Source of the DNA: Octopus bimaculoides | Lineage: Eukaryota | Length of the DNA stretch: 64,000 nt | Reading direction: 5' to 3' | Assembly (NCBI RefSeq): GCF_001194135.2 | Contig: NC_068982.1 | Location: forward strand, 67,620,469 to 67,684,468 | Shown here: piece after piece, positions 40,372 through 52,713 of the stretch | Position numbering within the stretch: the first letter of the stretch is position 1 | Layout: each line of letters opens with the position of its first letter | The notes under the pieces: model-generated | What the model was told of the DNA's origin: nothing | The model's input: only the letters and a program-made list of their open reading frames with translations | The model's database searches: none | Position numbers and translations under genes: made by a program

Positions 40372-40672
40372 TGATGATGGCTGTCCACTCGTGACCGAGG
40401 AAGACCATTGCCGACCTTCAGGAACATCGTGCGCTCTAGGACTAACTTATATTTTGCATTTGCGGCTCCGTTGGTGGCTAATGAGCCCTGCTCTTGACAA
40501 GCATACTCGACTGCAAACATTGCAGACCAAGCTTTCCCCATTCACTATACGAGTCGTGCGCTTTCGCGCAGCTCGCTTAAGTTCTTCATGCTGGATACGT
40601 GCTCTCTTAACCTGCTTCCTCCATATGTGGCGATGACAGGCATTTTTCTCCCAGTCAGTGTCCTGCATATCA
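40372..40672 (-). mobile_element. RTE (BovB-like) LINE 3' end
   Basis: DWEKNACHRHIWR..LVCNVCSRVCLSRAGLISHQR (C2H2-like terminus), then a 3'UTR ending in CATCATCA. Confidence 0.88.
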
Positions 40673-40945
40673 ATGTGTAGTAACTACAGAGGTATTGCTC
40701 AACTATCAGCTGCTGGCAAATATTCTTCTTACCCGTCTGAATGAGTGTCTCGTAAATGATGTCCTATCCGAATCTCAATGTGGCTTCCGATCTGGTAGAG
40801 GGACAATGGATATGATTTTCACAGCAAGGCAGATGCAGGAGAAGTGCTATGAGCAGAATATGGATCTTGCCCAGGTATTCATTGATTTAACAAAGGCCTT
40901 TGATACTGTAAATAGGGCCTTCCTATGGAAAATACTTGGCAAATA
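40673..40945 (+). mobile_element. RTE LINE reverse-transcriptase fragment, inverted relative to the adjacent 3' end
   Basis: SNYRGIA..ESQCGFRSGRGTMDMIFTARQMQEKCYEQNMDLAQVFIDLTKAFDTVNRAFLWKIL (RT domains 0-3). Confidence 0.92.
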
Positions 40946-41654
40946 GAGAGAAAACTCTTTGCTGATGCGCACATCAGCAAAAAGTTTTCACGCTGTAGTA
41001 CATATTCTGTGTATGTGCGATCGATAATGTTTACATTACTAGGACTGGTATTAATTCGCAATTTGATATATATGTATATGAATAGAGGACACAAATTATT
41101 TTCCTATGACTGTCGACATTTCTACACCGGCTTTCTTTGTTTAATACGATAACCTTGATGTCATTGCAGTTTCTAACTGTCTGTCTGTTTGTCTGTCTGT
41201 CTATCCAAAGCATGCAATCTACTTCTCACAATATAGCAATGCCATAATACATAACAATGTAACAAATGACTGATACAGACACACACAAATATACACATAC
41301 ATGTGTGTATGTGTGTGCGTGTATGCATGTATTTATATGTATATATAAATGTATACATATATGTTTGTTTGTATACATATACGTACAAGCATATATATAT
41401 ATATATATATATATAACGGACGGCCTATAACAAATGAGTTAGCATAGGAAACACGAGATCGTGTTTAGTTCGTGCAGCAAGCTGTTTACAGCAACCGAAT
41501 TAGTTGTCTAAGATCAGTTGTTGAAAGTATATTTGTATTGTTGCTTTTTGTTTTTTAAGATTACGTTTGATACACCCACTTGATGCATTACCTTCGCATG
41601 TCGTCCAACAATGTATTTAGCTCCAATTCTTTCCAGTGCCAACCCCTACTCGAT

Positions 41655-41700
<46 letters not shown>

Positions 41701-41845
41701 CTGTTTTTCATGTTCGATGTAAAATCTCTATCGTTTTGTATATCTTTATAATTATTCATCTTCAGCATCCCTGTGATAATGGAATATATTGTTGCTAATA
41801 AAGCTGCAAAATCGCAGAATCGTTAGTGCGTCGAAAGGATCAGTA

Positions 41846-41909
41846 GCTTTTTTCCCCATAACATAAGCTTTTTTCCCCATAACATAAGCTTTTTTCCCCA
41901 TAACATAAG
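41846..41909. repeat. 21-bp tandem repeat, 3 copies, inside a SINE A remnant
   Basis: Unit AGCTTTTTTCCCCATAACATA. Confidence 0.9.
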
Positions 41910-42200
41910 GTGCCAGTCAAGTACTGGACCCGATGCCATCGACTTCTTTCTCCCCTTAAAACTGCTAGCTTTGTGCCAAAAATTTGACATAAATATTATT
42001 AATGGTAGTGGCTGAAGCAGGAAGAGCAGGAAATTGAGGAATAGAAAAGTGGAAGGAGACATTATGCGCGTTCCTAACTGCGCCAGAGCAGACTCTGCCA
42101 AAAGATACTCAAGGATGTATGCACGCGCGCGCGCGCATCGATATTTTATAAATTTAAAGCTTATAAGTGATCACCGATTAATGACTAAAGAAAATAGGGG

Positions 42201-42271
42201 CATAAATGGTAACTTGGTAACAGACTTGTCGCGAAAACAAAGAGCTGTGGGTTCGAGTCCCATGCGTACGA
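42201..42271 (+). pseudogene. tRNA-like pseudogene or SINE head
   Basis: T-arm GTGGG-TTCGAGT-CCCAT, anticodon-like arm TTGT-CGCGAAA-ACAA, A-box-like TGGTAACTTGG and a T6 run 10 nt downstream. The acceptor stem is broken. Confidence 0.45.
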
Positions 42272-44394
42272 AAATTCTACTTTTTTCCGTCGAGGGCTTA
42301 TGAGCATTGCTGAATCCTGATGTTAGGTTGAACAAGCTTTGCCCCGTGTAGGACGACTTGACTATACGCTGAATCCATCGGGAAGGTCACCCTGTCACCT
42401 TCCCCTGTCTGGTGGCCATATGGAAAGGAATTGTATTCTTAAAAATAAAAAGTTTTTTTTCAATCGCAATGCCCTCCTTGATTACTCTAAGTTTCACTTG
42501 AATAGGAAAGCCAGAAAAAAAGGGAGAGATCATTAACTTCAGTAAGTTTGCTGAAACACAGGTGAGATTGATGATTGTGGTAAGGATGACAACATTCAGC
42601 TGGAAAACACTCCCGGAAAATGGTACTTATTAAATTATGGATCTGTATAATGCTTTGATTGGTCTAAGGTTTGTGTCACTATATTGGAACGTATCATTTC
42701 ATACCTTTTGTATATTCCCTGACCCATTATTTTTTTCTATTATCGAATTTGTGTAAAAGAACTATTTTCATAACATCTTGTAATGTCCTTCAATTACTCT
42801 GTGGCAAATAATATTATTACTATTATATATATATATATATTTATATATTATTACCAACAGCAACATTATATCACAGATACTCCATGTTCCTAAATGGCTT
42901 TTCTTGAATTCCCTTTTTTGTATTGATCTTATATATTATTCAGGTTTATTTGCTCTTACTGAATGAAACTGCTTCTTCCAACCAGCTCTACCCAACTCTA
43001 CTCTCCGAATACAGAAAATTTTTATAGTAAGTGGCATTACACATAAAGTCCTTCTCTTTGATTGCCTTAATTTGCACGCAGCAGAATAGCACCTTGTACC
43101 ATGAGGTTTTATTGCTTCTTCGCGCTTTTGATAACCCAACACATAGCGACATAAGAAAAATATATACCAATGCATAGAAGCACACATGTAGACATATATA
43201 CACACATAAAAATATATACATATAACAATGCATGTACATACGCACATACACACACTGTCTTTCTCTCACACAAATACATTCATATATATAAGTGGGTATA
43301 TATGTGTGTATGCATGTATGTGTACGCTTGTATTCTCAGTATGTGCCATTACACAATAGTCCGGAAATAACACAGAAAGCAAGAGTGCAATAAAATTATT
43401 AAAGTAAATACGTACACACAAATGCACATGCGCTCACGTACACAATCACACAACTCACACATATATTTATCTATACACAAATATGGACACACACACATAT
43501 ATAAATCTATACACACGCATAAAATATACATTTATATATAATACATACCTATATACACACATTTGTATGCACATGTATGTGAAATATAATGCATAATATA
43601 TATACGTATAGATACACACATACGGGCATGTATATGTTATGTATATGTAATATATTACGTGTGTGCGCATATAATACAATATATATCTATGTGTGTTATA
43701 TAACAACACAATCAATCAATCAATCTATCTATCTCACTGCGTATATATGTGTGTGTGTGTGCGTGCGCGAATATCATAGTACATTGATTCTTATAAGGAT
43801 AGCTATAGTTCTTTAAGGTCGTTCAATTTTTCTCGACCGATCAATGTACTGATTGAGTATACCGACCAATGAATGAACCTATAATGATTATCGGAAACAG
43901 TTGTAAGTCGAATTTACAGCAATAAAAGAATATTTATATCTGGCCTTGTGTGTGTGTGTGTGTGCACACACACACACACACGCACACGCACACGCACACG
44001 CACACGCACACGCACACGCACACACACACGCACACACATAGATATATATTAGAAAAAATAATAAGGTACTCAGAGATCTGGATGGTTGTACATTTATGAT
44101 TTATAAAAAGATGTGGCATATTAATGAAAATCTGTAAATGTACAACCATCCAGATCTCGAAAGTAACTTCAAATATCGTTAAAAGCGAAAATAAATAAGT
44201 TACTTTCGAGTTGCGCTTTTTGTCATTAAGTTGGCCTTGGTGATGGATTACTTCAGCAATATTTACCTTAGTGGTGGATTGTGTCAATCGTATACAAAAG
44301 TAAAGAACTCTTCTATCTATCTAATAATGATAATAATAATAATAATATTGAAAAATACCTTAGGAATGAGAACCCAGGTTCGAAATTTCCCCAA

Positions 44395-44440
44395 GACACC
44401 TGATGAAAGCTGGAGGGTATATCAACCGAAACGTTGTGTT
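44395..44440 (+). ncRNA. Minimal hammerhead-like motif in a probable PLE terminal repeat
   Basis: GACAC-CTGATGA-A-AGCTG..CAACC-GAAA-CG-TT-GTGTT gives helix I GACAC/GTGTT and palindromic ACGT in place of helix III. Helix II has two mismatches. Confidence 0.5.
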
Positions 44441-44559
44441 AACAACAAACAAAATGAGGACAAATATCCGTCAAATGTAAATAATGTAGAAGTAAACAAT
44501 TATCGTAGGGTGCTAAAGAAAAAATTTACTCACAAAGGTGAATACCGAGAGTCCCAGCT

Positions 44560-45175
44560 ATAGTTCTGAATGGGGCAAGTCTAAGTCCAGCGGTCTCTTC
44601 AATTGGTCAGTTACAATTTGAACCGAGGTCACAAGTTAAAACCGTTACAAAGGATTTGTTTATAAAATAAACAAAGAAAGAAAAAGGGAAAAATTACGGG
44701 GTATAAATCAACGAACAAATACTAATTGAATTTAATCATTAAAATTATAAACAAATGTATATTAACTCCAAGTGGGTGCAAAAAAATATAGGTAGATATA
44801 GAGTACAATAAAGTAAAGTAAAAATATAAAGCATAATAAAAATGACATGAAAAAGATGAAAAAAGCAGATATGGGGAAAATATTGTTCACATCTATGTAG
44901 GGCTAATAATGTACAATAATATGGAGAAGAGCAGTGAGTGGTGGAAAGAACAATGAGTTAGTAGCGAAGATGAGTCCAAATTCCAGCAAGTGCCGACAAA
45001 AACATCCATGTTATAAAAGGTGTTAGAGGGTAAAGAAAGCTTGCAAAGTGGGAAAAGCTAAAGTTGAAATTTAAATAACATTTGGGATATGAAGTGGTTA
45101 TAGGGGTAAAAGACCATATGGTAGAAAACCTAAGGCCTTCTTAGTGGTGTAGAATTATGTCTATTGAGGTTACTC
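44560..45175 (-). mobile_element. PLE linker-region fragment and probable terminal sequence, inverted relative to the downstream GIY-YIG
   Basis: PYNHFIS..NV..NF resembles the PLE WFNPPYN..NV linker. 45137-45169 is a 30/33 inverted copy of 45284-45316. Confidence 0.5.
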
Positions 45176-45330
45176 AAATAGAAACAAAAATAGAACCGAC
45201 GGCGATATTAGTAGAAATGATAATAATAAACACTAGCCCAGCCTTAGTACAGAATACTCTCAGAACTAAAATAACTACTTTAGCCTCAATAGACCTAATA
45301 CTACTCCACTAAGAAGCAACTCCCCCTCCC

Positions 45331-45720
45331 CAGAATAACCTATGTAACTGTAAGAACAGGAATAATTGTGCCTTCGGTAACACCTGTAGAATTGAGGACG
45401 TTATTTATCAATACACAGTCATAACACAGTCTAGCAAATTGAGTTATATTGGAGCAACTTAAAATGAAATAAAACGAATACTAGCCACGCACCAACATTC
45501 TTTTAGAAACAGAAATTCAATCAATTCGACTGGTTTAAGTAGATACATTTGGGAGCTCAAAGATAGTAACACTAGATTCACATTAAATTGGGAGATCCTT
45601 GCTACTGCACTTTCGTATAATGAAAAAATAGAAAATGTTACCTTTGCATAAATGAAATTTTTTATATTCTAACAGCACGTAATCCGTTAGTGAACTTGAG
45701 TGTTGAGTGGAGTGTAGCTT
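45331..45720 (+). mobile_element. Penelope-like element GIY-YIG endonuclease pseudogene
   Basis: CNCKNRNNCAFGNTCRIEDVIYQYTV..SYIGAT*NEIKRILATHQHSFRN..STGLSRYIWELKD..LNWEIL, then after a frameshift KCYLCINEIFYIL. One in-frame TAA (45460-45462). Confidence 0.9.
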
Positions 45721-46234
45721 TCGATAAATATAAATAACACTAGAAATGCTTATACTTCCCCATAATAGTACTTATAACTCCACAGCATACAATTAGTCGC
45801 CCCTGATAGTTTAATGCAGGTTATACATCTTACCCCTTCTATAGTTCATCCTATTTAGGAATAATCGAGTCTCCTGTAGGTAGTCAAATAACTAACCTCA
45901 ACTCTTTCCCTTTTTCTAAGTCTTAAATGTTACCCCCTCTCCACCCACATCTATTATCTATTTCTTACAATTTAATAATACTTACATTACCCCATAATAG
46001 TACATATAACACCACAGCATACGAATATTAGCCCCTAATAGTTTAATGCAGGTTATACATCTTACTCCTTTTATAGTTCGTCTTGTTAGGAATAACTGAG
46101 ACTCTTGTAGGTAAAGTAAACATCCCCTCCTCTTACACTTTTCCTTAGTTTTTAATGTAGTCCCCAACTATATCTAGTACCTATTTCTTACACCAACTAA
46201 CATTTCCTCCATTGTATCATCACTTAACCCCTTG

Positions 46235-47178
46235 CATTATGCCTTCATCTTCACTCTTTTCTATATTTAAAACTTTCCATCTAGTGTTAAACAGTGAGCT
46301 CTTTTCACTAAACTTTTTGAACAATATGAAGTTACTATATTTTTCATGCTCTGCTGTCGCTAGTTTTCTTAACACTAGAAGCATTTTCATTTCGTCCGTC
46401 CAATCCTGACATTCTATTTCAAAAGATTTTGAAATATTCGACGGTAAGCCTCGAAGGTTACTTCTTCGGGGTTATATTTGAATTCGCTTATGGAATTTGC
46501 TACATAGTCAGGTGAAAATGTATTCTCCAGACTGGTTATCAACTTCATTTGCTGTTGCAATTCTTGTTGTTGTTTTCATTGTTCCTTGAGTTGTTGCTGT
46601 TTTTGCAACTCAACTATCCCAGCTAACAAGTCTTCCATATTTCAAGATTTTTGTCTCTTTTTTGTCGAGGTGTTTAATTTTCCACGTGAATTAGTTTAAA
46701 CTCTCCGTGTGAATGTTTTCTTTTTCACTCCGCGTAAATTTGCTCTTCCTCGTCGCCACTGTTGTAAAGCGGTCTTTTGCCTCGGTTGTATCTGTCTTTT
46801 GACTAAGGTTGTCGCTCTGGCAGATATTGTTATATTCCGAAGTCGTCGATAAAATGGTTCTATCCAGCACTGTTCGACTGGGGATCGTACAGTGTTATTA
46901 TTCTCAAAAGGTTGGATGGATATAACGTCCACTCAGTATCACAATATAATTTCTATATCAGCACAGACACAACTGTCAACAGTCAAACGTACTTCCGACA
47001 TTCTGACCTACTCGACCTCTCTGTCGACTGGCTAACTAGTCTATTTATAATGGGTGGCTACTACCACTTTTTACCGGGAGGGGTGTAGAGTTTCATTATA
47101 CAGTTAAATCTTTATTACAGGCACGATGGCCTCATTTCATTATACAGTATATACAGAGCAACAATGACAATCACAACT
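46235..47178 (-). mobile_element. Gypsy LTR retrotransposon 5' part: LTR (~46760-47178), PBS (46747-46758), truncated gag from 46638
   Basis: LTR ends ..TACAACA, then 1 nt, then PBS TGGCGACGAGGA (complementary to the tRNA-Ser(GCT) 3' end as I recall it). gag reads MEDLLAG..QQQ..ANSISEFKYNPEE..WTDEMKMLLVLRKLATAEHEKY..SLFNTRW. The LTR 5' boundary is uncertain. Confidence 0.8.
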
Positions 47179-48079
47179 ATATTTGAGTTTCGCTGACGAA
47201 GGTTTCGCATATCCACACACTTCTATGAATGTCCGACTGCTACAGACGCAAATGTGTCCGGATATAGAATGTATTATGTACGTATTTCAATACATTGCTT
47301 GATATAATTTCCAGTAACGCTTCGCTTTAGCCGTAATTACATATTATTATACTGCTGAGCTAAGCCTGATTTTCCCAGTTTCAGTGACAGCCCTCGATAA
47401 CCACATAGCACAAAAGAATTATTTCTAGTACAATTGTGAAATATTGTTCCTCTTTTTTCTCTGACTTACCCTATTTCCCTCTTTCATTCACTCTGCTTTC
47501 TCTCTCTCTCTCCCCGCTCTCTATCTATACACACACACAGTATATATGTGTATGAATCTATGTATAGGTATGCACAGAGAGAGACACACAATTATATATA
47601 TATATATATATATATATACATACACACATGCGCGCGCGCGTTACTGTAAAGGACATATCCACATTTATATGTTTACTCACAACAGTGTATTATATAGAAA
47701 ATGTAGACTGTTTGTAATCGACTATAGAAATTCCCCTTTATACATTTTTTATAAGCCCGTATTTACTTTTGTGTAGGTTCAGAAATCTATACATATTCTA
47801 TTTGATATTCTTTGATTATGAACTTTCGTCCAAATCATTCGTGATGATAATTAAATCTTGCAATAAATAAATGACAGAATATTCTATCTGTATATTACAT
47901 GGCAGAATTTACGTTTTTTATTATGTGTATGCATATGCACCAAAACAATTAGTCATAAAAACGCATATATACACATACATTTTCGTATGTATATTTCCAT
48001 ATTTACGTATGCATGCATGCAGGTATTATGTATGTAAGTATGTATGTGTATATGGATAGATGGATGGATGTATGCATGC

Positions 48080-48083
<4 letters not shown>

Positions 48084-48160
<77 letters not shown>
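48084..48160. repeat. (AT)n microsatellite within a low-complexity CATA/TATG region (47940-48460)
   Basis: Direct reading. Confidence 0.95.
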
Positions 48161-48171
<11 letters not shown>

Positions 48172-48734
48172 GTAGATAGATAGATACGTATGTATTTATA
48201 AATACACAAAATATATATGCGCACATTTATACATACATACATACATACATACATGCATACTCACAGACGCAGAGACACACACACAGACACACACATATAC
48301 AAATATAGATACATCTATACGCACAGGCATATACATATACATGTGCATATACATGCGTATGCATGTATATGTACATATATTTACTTAGGCATAGTTATAT
48401 ATTATATATTCATGGATATATATATATATANNNNNNNNNNCCCCCCCCCTATATATATATATATAATAGAAGTAAGCAACATACGGGATCGAACCACAGA
48501 AAACACACACCCTCTCCATACCAACTGATGAATTAAGCACGATTTCACTCACTTGCAATTTATGGCATAAAACACTTTGGATTCGAATATTATGACTTAG
48601 AATATTTTATAGCAATTTTCCTATTTCTGCAATCATAGAATAATATTTGTTGGAGATGAAACATATTTTTATGAAATATTTGTGAGTGTGTGTGTTTGTA
48701 TGTATGTGTGTGTTTATGTGTTTGTATATATATA

Positions 48735-49299
48735 NNNNNNNNNNNNNNNNNNNNNNNNNNNNNNNNNNNNNNNNNNNNNNNNNNNNNNNNNNNNNNNNNN
48801 NNNNNNNNNNNNNNNNNNNNNNNNNNNNNNNNNNNNNNNNNNNNNNNNNNNNNNNNNNNNNNNNNNNNNNNNNNNNNNNNNNNNNNNNNNNNNNNNNNNN
48901 NNNNNNNNNNNNNNNNNNNNNNNNNNNNNNNNNNNNNNNNNNNNNNNNNNNNNNNNNNNNNNNNNNNNNNNNNNNNNNNNNNNNNNNNNNNNNNNNNNNN
49001 NNNNNNNNNNNNNNNNNNNNNNNNNNNNNNNNNNNNNNNNNNNNNNNNNNNNNNNNNNNNNNNNNNNNNNNNNNNNNNNNNNNNNNNNNNNNNNNNNNNN
49101 NNNNNNNNNNNNNNNNNNNNNNNNNNNNNNNNNNNNNNNNNNNNNNNNNNNNNNNNNNNNNNNNNNNNNNNNNNNNNNNNNNNNNNNNNNNNNNNNNNNN
49201 NNNNNNNNNNNNNNNNNNNNNNNNNNNNNNNNNNNNNNNNNNNNNNNNNNNNNNNNNNNNNNNNNNNNNNNNNNNNNNNNNNNNNNNNNNNNNNNNNNN
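48735..49299. other. Assembly gap (other gaps: 252-336, 21462-21617, 33173-33452, 48431-48440, 52045-52713)
   Basis: N runs. Confidence 0.99.
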
Positions 49300-49336
<37 letters not shown>

Positions 49337-50102
49337 AAATCTTTTTACAGTCGCTTTATAATGTTTCGTTTCCGAGATTTTGGTAGATAAATAGATAGCT
49401 AAATAGATATTTGTTTCTAAAGGAATGCTTGCAGCGTCCGCCAGTTCTTCCCATTCTCTACTTTCAATAGTATACAAAGAATTACATCGCTATATATACA
49501 AAGAATTTATCTTTAGTACGACTTCTAAGAACTTGTATAAACGTGACTTCTTATTTTGTAGTTCCTGACCTTCTAAATTGAAATTCTTCCCACTGAGTCA
49601 TTCGGGTTTTTGACATACTTTCTTTCGTGACATCAAAAAAGCAATATCCATTTTCTCTATAGCTATGCCGAAGCTATATTGCTAGAATGTTTTGATTGTA
49701 TTCTTCAGGAATATATTGTTGCAGCTATATACACAATGCAGTGATATTATCTACATGATGTGAATACAATTTAACTGCTTGTTCATTATCAAGTAAGGAC
49801 TATGCAACTGTTTTCTTTTTTATTTTAAAGAACCTGATGGTATATAGCTTGATGCGTTTATATACGTATTGAGAATAGGTAAGTTTTTGTCTTGAGCAAA
49901 AGATTCATTACAAATATATACCGTTTAGATTTATAGAGGAAGGTAAATTATATCTCTTGTAAAAGTATTAGATACTTAAATCAAATGTCGTACATTGCGT
50001 CTGTCTGTGAATCTTGAAAACCGAACTCAATAAAGTGACTACTGGTTTTTCTTCTTTTATACAAATGACTACATAAATCCGAAGTATCTGTAGCAATACA
50101 AA

Positions 50103-50335
50103 TGAGTATGCGACATTCTGGCACAGCCGTTTTGGCGCTGAATATTTGGCGTCACTGATTCGACGATGACTTATTTGATATCAGACATTTTATATTTTCC
50201 CTTGTTCCTTTTCCCTATTTTCTCTCTCCCTTTCTTTCTCTCTCTCTTAATCTTTTTGTTTGTATACCCATTTTTCGTGTATGTGTTTGTCTTCAGCGCC
50301 CAAAAGAACTGTGACCAAAGCAGGTTGAGTATTCA
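50103..50335. mobile_element. Degenerate MITE with internal (CT)-rich tract
   Basis: Left end gagtatgcgacattctggcacagccgttttggcgctg is an imperfect inverted repeat of the right end cagcgcccaaaagaactgtgaccaaagcaggttgagtattc. A related piece lies at 31290-31400. Confidence 0.5.
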
Positions 50336-52008
50336 ATTAGTCGTTCCAAATCGTCAGCTTTCAAACAGCTGCGTCCAAGCACTTCATTCCGATAGAAACT
50401 GATATAATCATCCATGGAAATATGTGAAAAGATTTGAAATATAAAACATAAACAGTTATTTTGCAATATATGTGTTGCTTACATTTTTCGTGTAACATTC
50501 TCGGGTAAGCATTCCATGGCTTGTCGACATGATGCAAGAATTAAAGCAACAACATTCAAATGACATTTCAGTCATACCGATAAACTAATGAAGATCTCAA
50601 AGAAAAAGTTGTTACAGAAAGTTATTTAAGGGTTTCTTTTGCATAAATATAAAGGCATTTTTTTTTTTCATTAGCGAAGAAATTTTAGGTTTTCAAATCG
50701 ACCGCAAAAGAATTTGTACTTATTTTATTGATTTCGCCAAGAGTTACACTCATAGCTGTGATGCACAGAAGTACATACTGTGAGGTATATAAATGTTGGC
50801 TCCCTAACGTGACACCTATTTCCACTTCCCTATCAAATATAAAATTGTACTAAAATATCTATATAGATTGTGTTATATACATATACGTAAAAAGCGACTT
50901 TGATTAACATATATGAAGTAAAGTGTAATTAAAGTTCCGCTAAACTAATTTTTATATGTACTATCAGATAAAGTATGATAGTTATAAAGATTCATCTTTA
51001 TGTCGAAGTAAAGCATGTTAAAATTAAATTAAACAATTGAGTTATTTTTGAACGGATAGTATTGGAAAATGATATTATGATATGAATGTTTAAACAAATA
51101 CATTTATTCAAAGACATATAATTATTCTTTGTTTTGAATATCTAAAACTACATTCACATCTGCAGAACATTTAAACTCACTTTGAATGGTGGATTTGAGT
51201 GCCAAGGTTTTGATAATATTTTTAAATTGTACTATAAATTTTGAAGAGGGGGTATTCAGTGTCAAAGAATTTGCTTGTAATTCAAATTAATAATTTTAAT
51301 AGCTGTATAAAAGCATGAAATTTTACTTGTACATCTGAAGTAGTTTGTTTATTCTAAAGAACGTAGCAAGAGCTACTTTGGCAATTTTACTTAAATCACT
51401 TTAAATGGATTTATTAAAAAGAAAATGTAACAATAAAATATCTTATTAGTTTGTTCATTGATGAAACAGTATTAGTGTACGAACGTTTTAGAAGCGTTAC
51501 TGTTCAAATCGAAAGAAAATTTTCCATCTGCACTGCTAATCTAGTAAGTTATCACTCGAATAACTTGCTGCAAAATATACAGTACCAAATGCGTTAAGCA
51601 ATGTTTCATATGAGTTTTAAAATTAGATTATAAATAATACAACTACTATAATTTTATTACTACTTACTCTGCTGTGTGAGGAATAAGTTTAAATGAAACA
51701 TTTCGTTTCCTCTGCTCAATCATATCTACTGTATTTAATCACAGACATATATGGACATTGCTCTCTGAACTGCAGAGAAAAAATAAGAATGTTTGAAATA
51801 TTGAACATAAAAATCAAGCAAAAGTACTTACGTTGCCTTTTGAATGGCAAATATTTCATAAATGGAGAGCCTATTTAGTGTACTAGATGAACTGTAGGCC
51901 CTATTCAATAATATATTGGTCATTTATGATAAAATATGTTTTTAAAAATGTAGTTATTAATTTGGTACCGAAGTCTCAATAGCGGTAATATTTGCTTAGT
52001 GCTACGAT

Positions 52009-52044
<36 letters not shown>

Positions 52045-52713
52045 NNNNNNNNNNNNNNNNNNNNNNNNNNNNNNNNNNNNNNNNNNNNNNNNNNNNNNNN
52101 NNNNNNNNNNNNNNNNNNNNNNNNNNNNNNNNNNNNNNNNNNNNNNNNNNNNNNNNNNNNNNNNNNNNNNNNNNNNNNNNNNNNNNNNNNNNNNNNNNNN
52201 NNNNNNNNNNNNNNNNNNNNNNNNNNNNNNNNNNNNNNNNNNNNNNNNNNNNNNNNNNNNNNNNNNNNNNNNNNNNNNNNNNNNNNNNNNNNNNNNNNNN
52301 NNNNNNNNNNNNNNNNNNNNNNNNNNNNNNNNNNNNNNNNNNNNNNNNNNNNNNNNNNNNNNNNNNNNNNNNNNNNNNNNNNNNNNNNNNNNNNNNNNNN
52401 NNNNNNNNNNNNNNNNNNNNNNNNNNNNNNNNNNNNNNNNNNNNNNNNNNNNNNNNNNNNNNNNNNNNNNNNNNNNNNNNNNNNNNNNNNNNNNNNNNNN
52501 NNNNNNNNNNNNNNNNNNNNNNNNNNNNNNNNNNNNNNNNNNNNNNNNNNNNNNNNNNNNNNNNNNNNNNNNNNNNNNNNNNNNNNNNNNNNNNNNNNNN
52601 NNNNNNNNNNNNNNNNNNNNNNNNNNNNNNNNNNNNNNNNNNNNNNNNNNNNNNNNNNNNNNNNNNNNNNNNNNNNNNNNNNNNNNNNNNNNNNNNNNNN
52701 NNNNNNNNNNNNN

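Noticed and set aside
48590-49477. Long ORFs of 200-295 aa (also 21227-21731, 33069-33488, 51920-52802)
   Set aside because: They are made of N gaps and microsatellite translations.
50295-50321. 27-nt plus-strand microexon (APKRTVTKA) after a pyrimidine tract
   Set aside because: It coincides with the right inverted end of a degenerate MITE, and the donor GTTGAG is weak.
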